From positions 20,896 through 84,895 of the forward strand of contig JAFTPQ010000008.1 in NCBI GenBank assembly GCA_017463205.1: 64,000 nucleotides of DNA. Direction: 5' to 3'. This document shows, one piece after another, positions 16,471 to 26,360 of this stretch (position 1 is the stretch's first letter; each line of letters starts with the position of its first letter). The translations under genes and the position numbers were made by a program. This DNA is from Clostridia bacterium (GTDB taxonomy: Bacteria; Bacillota; Clostridia; Christensenellales; Borkfalkiaceae). Under the pieces are notes generated by a model that searched no databases, was not told the DNA's origin, and worked only from the letters and a program-made list of their open reading frames with translations.

Positions 16471-17607
16471 TTATAAACCGCAGAACGGGCCTAAAATACC
16501 GATGATCAAACCGCCGACGATAGCGGAAGCGATTTGTCCGGACACGTTTGCGCCGACGGCGTGCATCAAAAGATGGTTGGAAGGATCTTCCTTCGTACCC
16601 ATTTTTGCAACGACGCGGGCTGCCATAGGAAATGCGGAAATACCTGCCGCACCCAACATCGGGTTGATTTTTTCTTTGCTGAACAAGTTGATGAGTTTCG
16701 CGCACATAACGCCGCCGATGGTGTCGAATACGAATGCGAACAAACCAAGCAACATAATAATCAAAGTTTCCACTTTTACAAATTGATCGGCTTGCATTTG
16801 GAATGCAATGGTGATGCCCAAAAGCAACGTGATCGTATTAGAGAAAGTCGTTTGCGCCGTTTCGGACAGCGATTTTAATACGCCGCATTCGCGAAGCAAA
16901 TTACCGAACATCAACATACCGACAAGGGAAAGAGAATCGGGCGCGATCAACCCCGAAATGATCGTAACGATGATGGGGAACAAAATACGCATCAATTGCG
17001 GAATTTGTTTTGCGCTATACTTCATTTTGATCAAGCGTTCTTTTTTCGTTGTGCACATTTTAATAACGGCAGGCTGTACGATGGGTACAAGCGCCATATA
17101 AGAATAGGCAACTACCATGATAGGCCCGACGTATTTCGACGCTAATTGAATCGCGACAAGGATCGCCGTAGGGCCGTCTGCCGCACCGATGATACCGATC
17201 GCCGCCGCGTCGTTTAAGGGGAAACCGATCATTGCGGCAAAAATAATGGTGATGAAGATACCAAGTTGCGCCGCGCCGCCCAAAATAAACAATTTGGGGT
17301 TGGTAAGCAAGGGACCGAAATCGATCATACACCCGATGCCGATAAACAGCAACAAAGGCATAGCCTCGCTGGCCTCGATCCCCACTTTAAAAAGGGAAGT
17401 GATGATACCCAAATGTTCTCCGCCTTCGCCGCTGCCGATAACAGGGGAGAGGGGCAGGTTGACCAAAATGGCACCGAAGCCCATAGGCAAAAGCAAGGCA
17501 GGTTCCATATCTTTTTTGATGGCAAGATAAATAAGCAGACCGCCGATTATCCACATCACAACCTGTTGCCATTGCAGGGCTTGAAAGCCTTGTAACAAAA
17601 AGTCCAT
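16471..17607 (-). CDS. oadB: Sodium ion-translocating decarboxylase beta subunit
   Basis: MDFLLQGFQ...LLLPMGFGAILVNLP and a polytopic OadB/GcdB/MmdB-like sequence. GGAGG lies 6 nt before ATG at 17607. Confidence 0.85.
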   Translation of the reverse strand: MDFLLQGFQALQWQQVVMWIIGGLLIYLAIKKDMEPALLLPMGFGAILVNLPLSPVIGSGEGGEHLGIITSLFKVGIEASEAMPLLLFIGIGCMIDFGPLLTNPKLFILGGAAQLGIFITIIFAAMIGFPLNDAAAIGIIGAADGPTAILVAIQLASKYVGPIMVVAYSYMALVPIVQPAVIKMCTTKKERLIKMKYSAKQIPQLMRILFPIIVTIISGLIAPDSLSLVGMLMFGNLLRECGVLKSLSETAQTTFSNTITLLLGITIAFQMQADQFVKVETLIIMLLGLFAFVFDTIGGVMCAKLINLFSKEKINPMLGAAGISAFPMAARVVAKMGTKEDPSNHLLMHAVGANVSGQIASAIVGGLIIGILGPFCGL

Positions 17608-17730
17608 AAAATCCTCCATTTTATATAATGACAATACTATTATAAAAGAAATGGAAAAGGTTGTCAAGAAAAATGCGACAAAAGATTTTTAAATAAATAA
17701 AAATTTTTTTCATAAACGATATAAAAACGC

Positions 17731-17857
17731 TTGCAAAAGAATGAAAAATCGTATATAATATTTGCTGACTTCGAGCGTTCCGCTGCCTTTTTGGGCGTGA
17801 TGAGGAATCACGCAGCGGGTTATGAACGTTTCGTAAATAACGGAGGTAAAGTCTAAT
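17731..17857 (+). promoter_or_regulatory. rplS promoter (TTGCAA-N17-TATAAT) and structured leader, possibly L19-leader-like
   Basis: Hexamers at 17731-17736 and 17754-17759. Nested hairpin CCGCTG..CGTGAT-gagga-ATCACG..CAGCGG at 17780-17818. Confidence 0.4.
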
Positions 17858-18202
17858 ATGAAAGGTATCATCGAAGCTATCAACGCTGAAAGTATGAAAC
17901 CCGAAGTTCCCGCATTTGAAGTAGGCGACACGGTTAAGGTCGGCTTTAAGATCATCGAAGGCGGCAAGGAAAGAGTTCAGAACTTCGAAGGCATCGTTAT
18001 CGCCAAGAAAAACGGCGGTATTTCCGAAACTTTCACCGTTCGCCACATTTCTTATGGCGTAGGCGTAGAAAAAGTTTTCCCCCTTCATTCCCCGAAGATC
18101 GCATCCATCACGGTTGTTAGAAAGGGTAAAGTGAGAAGAGCAAAATTGTATTATTTGCGTTCTCGTACGGGTAAAGCAGCGAAAGTTAAGGAAAAAATTT
18201 AA
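17858..18202 (+). CDS. rplS: 50S ribosomal protein L19
   Basis: [54 protein letters not shown] is a clear L19 sequence. Confidence 0.95.
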   Translation: MKGIIEAINAESMKPEVPAFEVGDTVKVGFKIIEGGKERVQNFEGIVIAKKNGGISETFTVRHISYGVGVEKVFPLHSPKIASITVVRKGKVRRAKLYYLRSRTGKAAKVKEKI

Positions 18203-18228
18203 GTTATCGGAACAAACCGAAAAGGATA

Positions 18229-18262
18229 AGTTCGCCCAAAGTCGGAGGCGAATTTATTTTTT
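18229..18262 (+). terminator. rplS intrinsic terminator
   Basis: TTCGCC/GGCGAA stem followed by TTTATTTTTT. Confidence 0.55.
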
Positions 18263-18326
18263 GCTTTTTATCATTCGATATTGTGTTTTATATACAAAAA
18301 GCCGCCTTTATACAGGGCGGCTTTCA

Positions 18327-18578
18327 CTATTCTACCTCTAAATGTTCCGAACGGAAAATTTCGTCGTCTAAAAACTCGGTAAGAGGCATATGAAACCCTC
18401 TTGCAAGCATGATGACGGTACTCAAAGTTACCGTTTTATTCCGTCCATTCATAATACATTGCATACTTCCGTGTTGTATTCCCGATTCTTGTTCCAAACG
18501 ATATTGGGACATATTCTTTTCTTGCAACAGCTTGGAAATACGCTTTGCAACAGCGTCATTTACAGTCAAGTTGGACAC
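18327..18578 (-). CDS. XRE-family HTH regulator (start codon uncertain: GTG 18578 or TTG 18569)
   Basis: VAKRISKLLQEKNMSQYRLEQESGIQHGSMQCIMNGRNKTVTLSTVIMLARGF is a Cro/C1-type HTH. Confidence 0.7.
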   Translation of the reverse strand: MSNLTVNDAVAKRISKLLQEKNMSQYRLEQESGIQHGSMQCIMNGRNKTVTLSTVIMLARGFHMPLTEFLDDEIFRSEHLEVE

Positions 18579-18601
18579 TCCTCATAAGAAGATTTAACTC
18601 C

Positions 18602-18714
18602 GTAGATTTACCTACATATATATTTTATCAAAAAATTAAAAAAATATACGAAGGTATACCTACATATGCTTGATTTTCTTGCAAAAGCGTGATATGCTAT
18701 GTAGGTATACCTAC
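18602..18714. promoter_or_regulatory. Operator-like sites of the form GTAGG-N4-CCTAC
   Basis: Perfect 14-bp palindrome GTAGGTATACCTAC at 18701-18714, just downstream of a TTGATT-N17-TATGCT promoter at 18670-18698. Related sites at 18602-18615 and 18652-18663. A fourth site lies in the hairpin at 18943-18958. Confidence 0.45.
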
Positions 18715-19228
18715 GTAAAAGCAAAATAGAGTGAAAACTGCGCTTTTGCGGATTTTAAAGAATAGAATCTCCAAAATAAGTGAAATTAGTTCACGTAATA
18801 TTGGTATCGCAACGCCAACACATAATTATTTTTGTGAGCAACAATAGCGGGTTCGTAACATCGGCAACGATGATAACAGTTGGGCAATAGGCTATTGTTT
18901 CAGCCACAGCTTGATCGGAAAATGGCGTTAGCTGATATAGGCGTAGGCTTTTACCTACGCCTTAAATTTTTGACAAATCTTATTTATATCCTTAATAAAG
19001 CACTTAAAATTATAGGCGGCAGAGAGAAAGACGAAGAATAACAAAGACAATTTAAAATGCGTAATCACATGGGTATTCCCGAAGTGGATTTCAGCTTCGG
19101 GTGTATTTTTATAGGTTTTACAAAAAAATATATAAAAATCTGTTTACATTTTTGTTTTTTTGGGTTACAATAGAAAGGAGCATATATAATGTAGGCGAAA
19201 ACCAAAGAAAAATAGGGAGGTGCGCGCT

Positions 19229-20764
19229 ATGATTGCAAGAGTACAAAGCTATGCTTTGTCGGGTTTGGAGGGCGTTTGCGTAACGGTGGAGGCAGACGTT
19301 TCCCGCGGCGTTCCGTCGTACGAAATGGTCGGGTTGCCCGATACGGCTGTGAAAGAATCGAAAGAACGGGTTCGCAGCGCCGTGAAAAACAGCGCGTTGG
19401 AATTTCCCGCGCATAAAATTACCATCAATCTTGCGCCTGCGTACGTAAAAAAAGAAGGTTCGTCGTTCGATCTGCCCGTCGCCATCAGTATATTGCTTGC
19501 GTACGGCACGTTGCAAGCAAACGTAGACGACACCATCTTTTTGGGGGAATTGGCTTTAAACGGCGATCTGCGTCCCGTTACGGGCGTTTTGCCGTCTATC
19601 ATTTCCGCGCGGGATAAAGGATTTACCAAATTTATTCTTCCTAAAGGAAACGAAAAAGAAGCGGGATTTATTCAAGGCGTAGAAGTGTACGCCGCGGCGT
19701 CGTTACGGGAAGTCGTCGATCATTTATCGGGTTTTTCGCCCTTGACGCGTATACCTGCCTCTGCCTTTTCGGCCGGAAAGAGCGAAAAAACAAAAACGTA
19801 CGATTTATCTTTTGTCAAAGGGCAAGCGATCGCAAAACGAGCGTTGGAAGTGGCGGTTGCGGGCGGACACAATATTTTGTTCGTAGGGCCTCCGGGCAGC
19901 GGTAAAACGATGTTGGCGAGGTCGATCCCGTCCGTGCTTCCCGATATGGCGTTTGACGAGGCGCTGGAGATCACGAAGATCCATTCGGTGGCAGGGACGT
20001 TGGGGGAAGACGGTATCGTATCCGAACGCCCGTTTAGAAGTCCTCACCACACGGCAACCACCGTATCTCTTTGCGGCGGCGGTAATAAATCGGTGCATCC
20101 GGGAGAAATCAGTCTTGCGCACGGCGGCGTGCTGTTTTTGGACGAATTGCCCGAATACAAACGTTCGTCGTTGGAAGCGATGCGACAGCCCTTGGAAGAC
20201 GGCGTTATCACCATTTCCCGTTCGGGCGGTACGGTTACGTATCCTGCGTCGTTTATGCTTTGCGCCAGTATGAACCCCTGTCCTTGCGGGCATTACGGCA
20301 GTGCGAAACGGCGTTGCACGTGTACGCCCAACGATATTCGGCGGTATCGCGCGCGGATATCCGGGCCGCTGATAGACCGTATCGATATCCAAGTGGAAGT
20401 GGACGGCGTGGATTATGACGATCTGGTTTCCGAAACGCAAGAGGAAACGAGCGCAACGGTGAAAGAGCGCGCGGACAGCGCAAGAAAGATCCAACGCGAA
20501 CGTTTTGGCGACAGCGCCGTGAAAACGAATGCGGAAATGGGCGAAAAGGAAACGCGGGAATATTGCAAGCTGGATAAAGAATGTGAAGACGTTTTACGGG
20601 AAGCGTTTGAAAAATTGCATTTATCGGCGCGCGCGCGGGCACGGATATTAAAAGTGGCGCGGACGATCGCCGATCTAGATTTATCCGAACGTATTTTGCC
20701 CGAACATTTATACGAGGCGATCTCCTATCGCACGTACGGCGCGGAACTGCACGAAGTGGATTAA
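19229..20764 (+). CDS. comM: YifB/ComM family Mg-chelatase-like AAA+ ATPase
   Basis: N-terminal Lon-like domain, Walker A GPPGSGKT, FLDELPEY, and a zinc-ribbon-like CPCGHYGSAKRRCTC. Confidence 0.9.
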   Translation: MIARVQSYALSGLEGVCVTVEADVSRGVPSYEMVGLPDTAVKESKERVRSAVKNSALEFPAHKITINLAPAYVKKEGSSFDLPVAISILLAYGTLQANVDDTIFLGELALNGDLRPVTGVLPSIISARDKGFTKFILPKGNEKEAGFIQGVEVYAAASLREVVDHLSGFSPLTRIPASAFSAGKSEKTKTYDLSFVKGQAIAKRALEVAVAGGHNILFVGPPGSGKTMLARSIPSVLPDMAFDEALEITKIHSVAGTLGEDGIVSERPFRSPHHTATTVSLCGGGNKSVHPGEISLAHGGVLFLDELPEYKRSSLEAMRQPLEDGVITISRSGGTVTYPASFMLCASMNPCPCGHYGSAKRRCTCTPNDIRRYRARISGPLIDRIDIQVEVDGVDYDDLVSETQEETSATVKERADSARKIQRERFGDSAVKTNAEMGEKETREYCKLDKECEDVLREAFEKLHLSARARARILKVARTIADLDLSERILPEHLYEAISYRTYGAELHEVD

Positions 20765-20776
20765 AGGGAGCGGTCT

Positions 20777-21043
20777 ATGTACGTATACTTGATTTTTCTT
20801 TTGATCATGTCGTCGATCACGTTTTGCTTATATGCGGCGGATAAGAAGAAGGCGCAAAAGGGACAGTGGCGTATTCCCGAAGCGACGTTGCTTTTGGCGT
20901 CCTTTTTGGGCGGCGCGATCGGCGGCGTGTGGGCTATGTTTTTGAAACGGCATAAAACCAGGCATTGGTATTTTACCGTCGTTAATTTTCTTGGACTTAC
21001 ATGGCAGTTTGGGTTGCTTATGTATTGGATGATTAATAATTGA
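20777..21043 (+). CDS. DUF1294-family small membrane protein
   Basis: ADKKKAQKGQWRIPE..LGGAIGG..F.KRHKTRH pattern. Confidence 0.65.
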   Translation: MYVYLIFLLIMSSITFCLYAADKKKAQKGQWRIPEATLLLASFLGGAIGGVWAMFLKRHKTRHWYFTVVNFLGLTWQFGLLMYWMINN

Positions 21044-21045
21044 GT

Positions 21046-21909
21046 ATGTTTATCGATTTGAAGAACAACTTAACGGAAATAGAATTTTCCTCGTCGGAGT
21101 ATCCTTTGGAATGGAAGGCGCTTACGGACGCGCCGAAACGGTTGTACGCGCTTGGCGACGTTTCGCTGTTGCGGAAACGGAAATTCACCGTTGTCGGTTC
21201 GCGCAGGACGCCTGCAAACGCTTTGAAGATCGGCGCGCAGATCGTCAAAGACGTATCGGAAGCGTTTGTCATCGTAACGGGTACGGCGGACGGCGGTGAC
21301 AATGCGGCGATCGAGGGCGCTTTGGCGGGCAGCGGCAAAATCATCTGCGTATTGGCAGGCGGTTTTTCGGCGTTGCCGCAAGCGAATTTGTCCTTGTTAC
21401 AACGAGTTGCGCAAAAAGGTTTGCTGTTATCCCCGCACGAATTTGAAACGCCCGTACGCTCCTTTTCCTACGAATACCGCAACAAATTGTTGGCGGCGCT
21501 AGGAGAAGGAACGTTGGTGCTTGGCGCGGCGGAAAAGAGCGGTGCGCTGATCACGGCAAGATACGCCGAAAGTTTCGGAAAGAAAATTTTTGCGTTGCCG
21601 TACGCGCCGGGCAGTTCGGCAGGCGGCGGTTGCAACGCTTTGATAAAAAAAGGCGGATATTTGACGGAAAATTCGGTTGACATTTTAGGTCGGTTTGGTA
21701 TAAACTTGATAGAGAAAAAATCGACGGTGTCGTTGACGGCGGACGAAGAAAAATTGTACGAAGCGTTGAAAGACCTGTCGGAAGGGCATATCAACGAATT
21801 GGCGTCTAGATCGGGCGTGCCTGCCTTTAAGGCGCGAGGCGTGCTTTCGGCGTTGGAAGTGAAAGGGCTTGCGGTATCGCTGGGCGGAAACCGTTATTCG
21901 GTTTGTTGA
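21046..21909 (+). CDS. dprA: DNA-processing protein DprA (start 21040 TTG or 21046 ATG)
   Basis: VVGSRRTP..IVTGTADGGDNAAIEGAL..LSPHEFETP... is a Rossmann-like DprA core, with a winged-helix C-terminus. Confidence 0.85.
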   Translation: MFIDLKNNLTEIEFSSSEYPLEWKALTDAPKRLYALGDVSLLRKRKFTVVGSRRTPANALKIGAQIVKDVSEAFVIVTGTADGGDNAAIEGALAGSGKIICVLAGGFSALPQANLSLLQRVAQKGLLLSPHEFETPVRSFSYEYRNKLLAALGEGTLVLGAAEKSGALITARYAESFGKKIFALPYAPGSSAGGGCNALIKKGGYLTENSVDILGRFGINLIEKKSTVSLTADEEKLYEALKDLSEGHINELASRSGVPAFKARGVLSALEVKGLAVSLGGNRYSVC

Positions 21910-21982
21910 ATCAAAAAACAACGGCGAAAACAGATGGGCAGGCAATAGAAAACAGTAAAAAATTATTTTAAGGATAGATAGA

Positions 21983-24319
21983 ATGGATTTAATTATCGTA
22001 GAGTCGCCTTCCAAGGCGAAAACCATCACCAAATATCTCAAGGGCAAATATCGGGTAGACGCTTCGGCGGGGCATATCCGCGATCTGCCCGTGCATACGC
22101 TTGGCGTGGACGTGAAAAACAATTTCGAGCCGAAGTACGTCAATTCCGAAGGGAAAGAAGACGTGATCAGACGTTTGGTAGACGCGACGAAAAAAGCCGA
22201 TCGCGTTTACCTCGCAACCGACCCCGACCGTGAAGGAGAAGCGATCGCGTGGCATTTGCAGACGGTGTTGGGGCTGGATACGGAAGGGGAAAACCGTATC
22301 GAATTTAACGAAGTTTCCCAACGCGCGATCGAAGCGGCGTTAAAAACGCCCCGTCAAATCAATTACAGCCTTGTAGACGCGCAACAGGCACGCCGCGTGT
22401 TAGACCGTTTGGTGGGGTATAAACTCTCGACGCTGTGAAATCATAAAATCGAAGATAAAAACGGCAACGGCAAGCGCACGCTTTCGGGCGGACGGGTGCA
22501 ATCGGTGGCGCTTCGCTTGGTGGTGGAGCGAGAACGGGAAATCACCTCGTTCGTGCCGCAAGAATATTGGAATTTGACGGCGGAATTGCAAGATCTGCCC
22601 AAACAATACGCGCCGTTTAAAGCATTGCTTGAAAAGAAGGGATCGAAAAAATACAAGCCGTCGTCTGCGGAAGAAACCGCGCAGGTGTTGGCGGCGTTGG
22701 AACAGGGGAAATTCGTTGTTTCCAAAGTGAAAAAAGCGATTGCAAAATCGCACGCGCCCGCGCCGTTCACCACAAGTTCGTTGCAACAAGACGCTTCGAC
22801 GAAGCTCGGATTCACCGCGCCGGAAACGATGACGCTTGCGCAACATTTGTACGAAGGTATCGAAACGGAAAACGGCGATCATATCGCCTTTATCACCTAT
22901 ATGCGTACCGACTCCGTTCGCGTATCGAAAGAAGCGCAGGAAAGGGCGTTAGAGCGTATCCGCGAAGTGTACGGTGCGGAATACGCCCCTGAAAAGCCCA
23001 ATTATTATGCGTCGAAGAAGGGTGCGCAGGACGCGCACGAAGCGATCCGTCCCAACGATCTTTCGATGACGCCCGAAAAGGCGAAAGGGTTGTTGGATAA
23101 AAAGCACTACGCTTTGTACAAATTGGTGTACGAGCGCTTCTTGGCGTCGCAAATGGCGGAAGCGAGATACAACAGTATGCAAATGGAAATCGACAACGGC
23201 GGCTACGTGTTTAAGGCGAGCGGAAAGGTGTTGCTGTTTGCAGGGTTTACGGCGGTATATCAAGACGCAAGCGCGCAGAAAAAAGAAGATGAAGACGAGA
23301 TCAGCAGTGAAAAGTTGTTGCCCGATTTAAACGAAGGGGACGCATTGGATCTGGTTTCGATGAAAAAGGAACAAAAATTCACCAAACCGCCCCTGCGGTA
23401 TACGGACGCGTCGCTGGTAAAAGCGATGGAAGAAAAGGGGATCGGCAGACCGTCTACGTATGCGACGATCATTTCCAAATTGACGCAAAAATACGTAAAA
23501 AAAGACGGAAAATATATGCTTCCCACGCCGATCGCTTACGACGTAGTGGATATGTTGGTGAAATGCTTTGTGGACGTAATGGACGTCGGGTTTACGGCAG
23601 GCATGGAAACCAAACTGGACGACATCGAAGAAGGGGACGTAGATTGGCGCAAAGTGATCGGGGATTTCTATCCCGGATTTGAAAAAAATTTGCGTCAGGC
23701 GTCGGCATACGGGGACGAATTGACGGAAACGACGTGCGGCAAGTGCGGTCATTTTATGATCCGCCGTATGGGGAAATTCGGCAAATATTTGGCTTGTTCC
23801 AACTATCCCGAATGTCACAATATTTTAAGTGAAAGCAAGGAGGAAATTTCTGCGGTGCGCTGTCCGAAATGCGGCGAAAATATGGTGGTGAAAAGTGGGA
23901 AATTCGGCAGATTTTTGGCGTGTCCCAGCTATCCCGACTGTAAATCGACGATGTCGATGCCGACGGATGAAGAACCCAAGCTGGCAGGGAAATGTCCCGA
24001 ATGCGGCGCGGCGATGACGGTGCGCAAATCGAAGAAAGGCAAAGTGTATTACAGCTGTTTGGGCTATCCCGATTGCAAATTTATGAGTTGGGACGTGCCG
24101 ACGGGGGATAAATGTCCCGAATGTCAAGGCGCTTTGGTACAAACGGCGCGCGGAAACGTGAAATGCAGCAACAAAGATTGTTCCTACCGTATCAAAACGG
24201 AAAAACCAAAAACGGACAAAGCAACGAAAAAGAGTAATCCGATCCCGATGGACGACGATTTTGCGCCGCCTCCCTTGATGGACGAACCGATGTATTTCGA
24301 TTTTAGCGACGAAGAATAA
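21983..24319 (+). pseudogene. topA: DNA topoisomerase I: one continuous frame with a single in-frame TGA at 22436-22438
   Basis: Track ORFs 21983-22438 and 22496-24319 are in the same frame (offset 513 nt). A TOPRIM N-terminus, GRVQSVALRLVVEREREI after the stop, and C-terminal zinc ribbons. The TGA aligns with the W of the conserved SPLLWKK segment. Confidence 0.9.
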
Positions 24320-24321
24320 CG

Positions 24322-25680
24322 ATGGGTATGGAAAAAGAAGTGTTGGTGATCGGCGGCGGTTTGGCGGGCAGTGAAGCGGCGTATTATCTGGCTTCGCGCG
24401 GCATCAAAACGACGTTGGTGGAAATGAAACCGAAAAAATTTACTCCCGCGCACGAAAGCGCTTGTTACGGCGAATTGGTCTGTTCCAATTCGCTGAAAAG
24501 CAACGACGCCTATGGCAATGCTTGCGGCTTGTTGAAAGAAGAAATGCGGCGGTTGGGTTCGATGATCATCGAGGCTGCGGACGCGACGAAAGTGCCTGCG
24601 GGCGCGGCTCTTGCCGTCGATCGGGAAAAATTTTCGGCGTATATTACGGAAAAATTGCAAAATTGTCCCAACCTCACCCTGCTTTCGGAGGAAGTGAAAA
24701 CTCTGCCCGAATTGGAAAAGGAAGGGGGCAGGTATGCGATCATCGCTACGGGGCCGTTGACGGCGGAGGATCTCAGCCGCGATATTTTGGAAAAAACGGG
24801 CGGCGGTTTACATTTTTACGACGCGTCTGCGCCTATCGTGTCCGCTGACAGCGTGGATATGCGTTATGCGTTCACGGGCGATCGTTATGGCAAAGGTACG
24901 GGCGATTATATCAACTGCCCGATGAACAAAGAAGAATATTATGCGTTTGTAGACGCCTTGCTTTCGGCGGAACGCACGCACTTGCACGATTTTGAAAAGG
25001 GGGAAATTTTCGAGGGGTGCATGCCGGTGGAAGTGATGGCTTCGCGCGGACGGGATACGTTGCGGTTTGGAACGTTAAAGCCCGTCGGGCTGGAATATGA
25101 AGACGGAAAACGGGCGTACGCAGTGTTACAGCTCCGCAAGGAAAACAACGAGGGAACGACGTATAATTTGGTGGGCTTTCAAACCAATTTGAAATTTCCC
25201 GAACAAAAACGAGTGTTTTCTATGATCCCTGCGTTGCAAAACGCCGAATTTTTACGCTATGGCGTGATGCATAGAAATACGTATATTCAATCGCCCGATG
25301 TTTTAAATCGCGATTTTTCGTTTAAGAATAATAGACGAATGTTTTTTGCGGGGCAGATCACGGGTGTGGAAGGGTATGTCGAAAGCGCGGCAAGCGGACT
25401 TTTGGCGGCGATCCATATAACGGACGAAATTTTAAAACGCCCCACCCATGTATTTGATGAACGCACAATGTGCGGCGCTTTGGAAACGCATATTTCCACG
25501 CCGACGAAAGATTTTCAGCCGATGAATGCCAATTTTGGGATTCTCACGCCGATGTCCGTGCGCATACGGGATAAAAAAGAACGTTATCGCGCCATGGCAG
25601 AACGTGCGTTGGCTGTCATTGACGAAATGAACGGACAAGGCGTTTTCGATCAAAGTCAAACGGCGAAGAAGGAAAAATAA
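24322..25680 (+). CDS. trmFO: Methylenetetrahydrofolate--tRNA-(uracil-5-)-methyltransferase TrmFO
   Basis: VIGGGLAGSEAAYYL FAD motif, CSNSLKS, FAGQITGVEGYVESAASG. Follows topA, as in Bacillus. Confidence 0.9.
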   Translation: MGMEKEVLVIGGGLAGSEAAYYLASRGIKTTLVEMKPKKFTPAHESACYGELVCSNSLKSNDAYGNACGLLKEEMRRLGSMIIEAADATKVPAGAALAVDREKFSAYITEKLQNCPNLTLLSEEVKTLPELEKEGGRYAIIATGPLTAEDLSRDILEKTGGGLHFYDASAPIVSADSVDMRYAFTGDRYGKGTGDYINCPMNKEEYYAFVDALLSAERTHLHDFEKGEIFEGCMPVEVMASRGRDTLRFGTLKPVGLEYEDGKRAYAVLQLRKENNEGTTYNLVGFQTNLKFPEQKRVFSMIPALQNAEFLRYGVMHRNTYIQSPDVLNRDFSFKNNRRMFFAGQITGVEGYVESAASGLLAAIHITDEILKRPTHVFDERTMCGALETHISTPTKDFQPMNANFGILTPMSVRIRDKKERYRAMAERALAVIDEMNGQGVFDQSQTAKKEK

Positions 25681-25769
25681 CGGCGTTTTGAACGTGCGGC
25701 AATCCGCAAAGGCAGGAAACAGAAGGAAAGAAGCCGCCGACGAAGGTTGGCGAGAGGAGAAAACAGGTT

Positions 25770-26357
25770 ATGGAATTTAGAGGAACTACCATTTGCGCGG
25801 TTAAGCGCAACGGCGTTACGGCGATTGCCGGCGACGGGCAAGTGACGATGGGCGAATCGATCATTTTCAAAAATACCGCCATAAAAGTACGCCGTATTTT
25901 CGGCGGAAAGGTCATTCTCGGTTTTGCAGGCTCGGTGACAGACGCATTTGCGCTCACCGAACGTTTCGAGGGAATGTTGAATAAATTCGGCGGTAATTTG
26001 ATGCGTTCCGCCGTGGAACTTGCCGAACTGTGGCGCAGTGATAAAATCGGCAGAAAGTTAGACGCAATGATGATTACGGCGGATGAAAACACGTTGCTTA
26101 TTTTGTCGGGAACGGGCGAAGTGATCGAACCGGACGAAGGGGTTTGCGCGATCGGCAGCGGTGGAAATTATGCGTTGGCGGCGGCGCGAGCGTTGTATCA
26201 GGAAACCGATTACGACGCGGAAACGATTGCAAAAAAAGCGTTGAAGATCGCTTCGGAAATTTGTGTGTTTACCAACGATCAAATTCGTTGCGAAGTTGTG
26301 GGCAATACGGAAGAAAAACCGAAAAAGAAACGCGCGCCTAAGGCAAAGGAGGAATAA
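25770..26357 (+). CDS. hslV: ATP-dependent protease subunit HslV
   Basis: [17 protein letters not shown].. N-terminal Thr protease. A Lys-rich C-terminal tail is unusual for HslV. Confidence 0.9.
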   Translation: MEFRGTTICAVKRNGVTAIAGDGQVTMGESIIFKNTAIKVRRIFGGKVILGFAGSVTDAFALTERFEGMLNKFGGNLMRSAVELAELWRSDKIGRKLDAMMITADENTLLILSGTGEVIEPDEGVCAIGSGGNYALAAARALYQETDYDAETIAKKALKIASEICVFTNDQIRCEVVGNTEEKPKKKRAPKAKEE

Positions 26358-26360
26358 AAT

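Noticed and set aside
22436-22438. Genome-wide reassignment of TGA to Trp (code 4-like) as the explanation for the topA stop
   Set aside because: TGA terminates many ORFs here at lengths matching their families (flavoprotein, response regulator, dprA, sbcD-like, yhaN-like, tgt, ABC ATPase). No other gene is split at a TGA.
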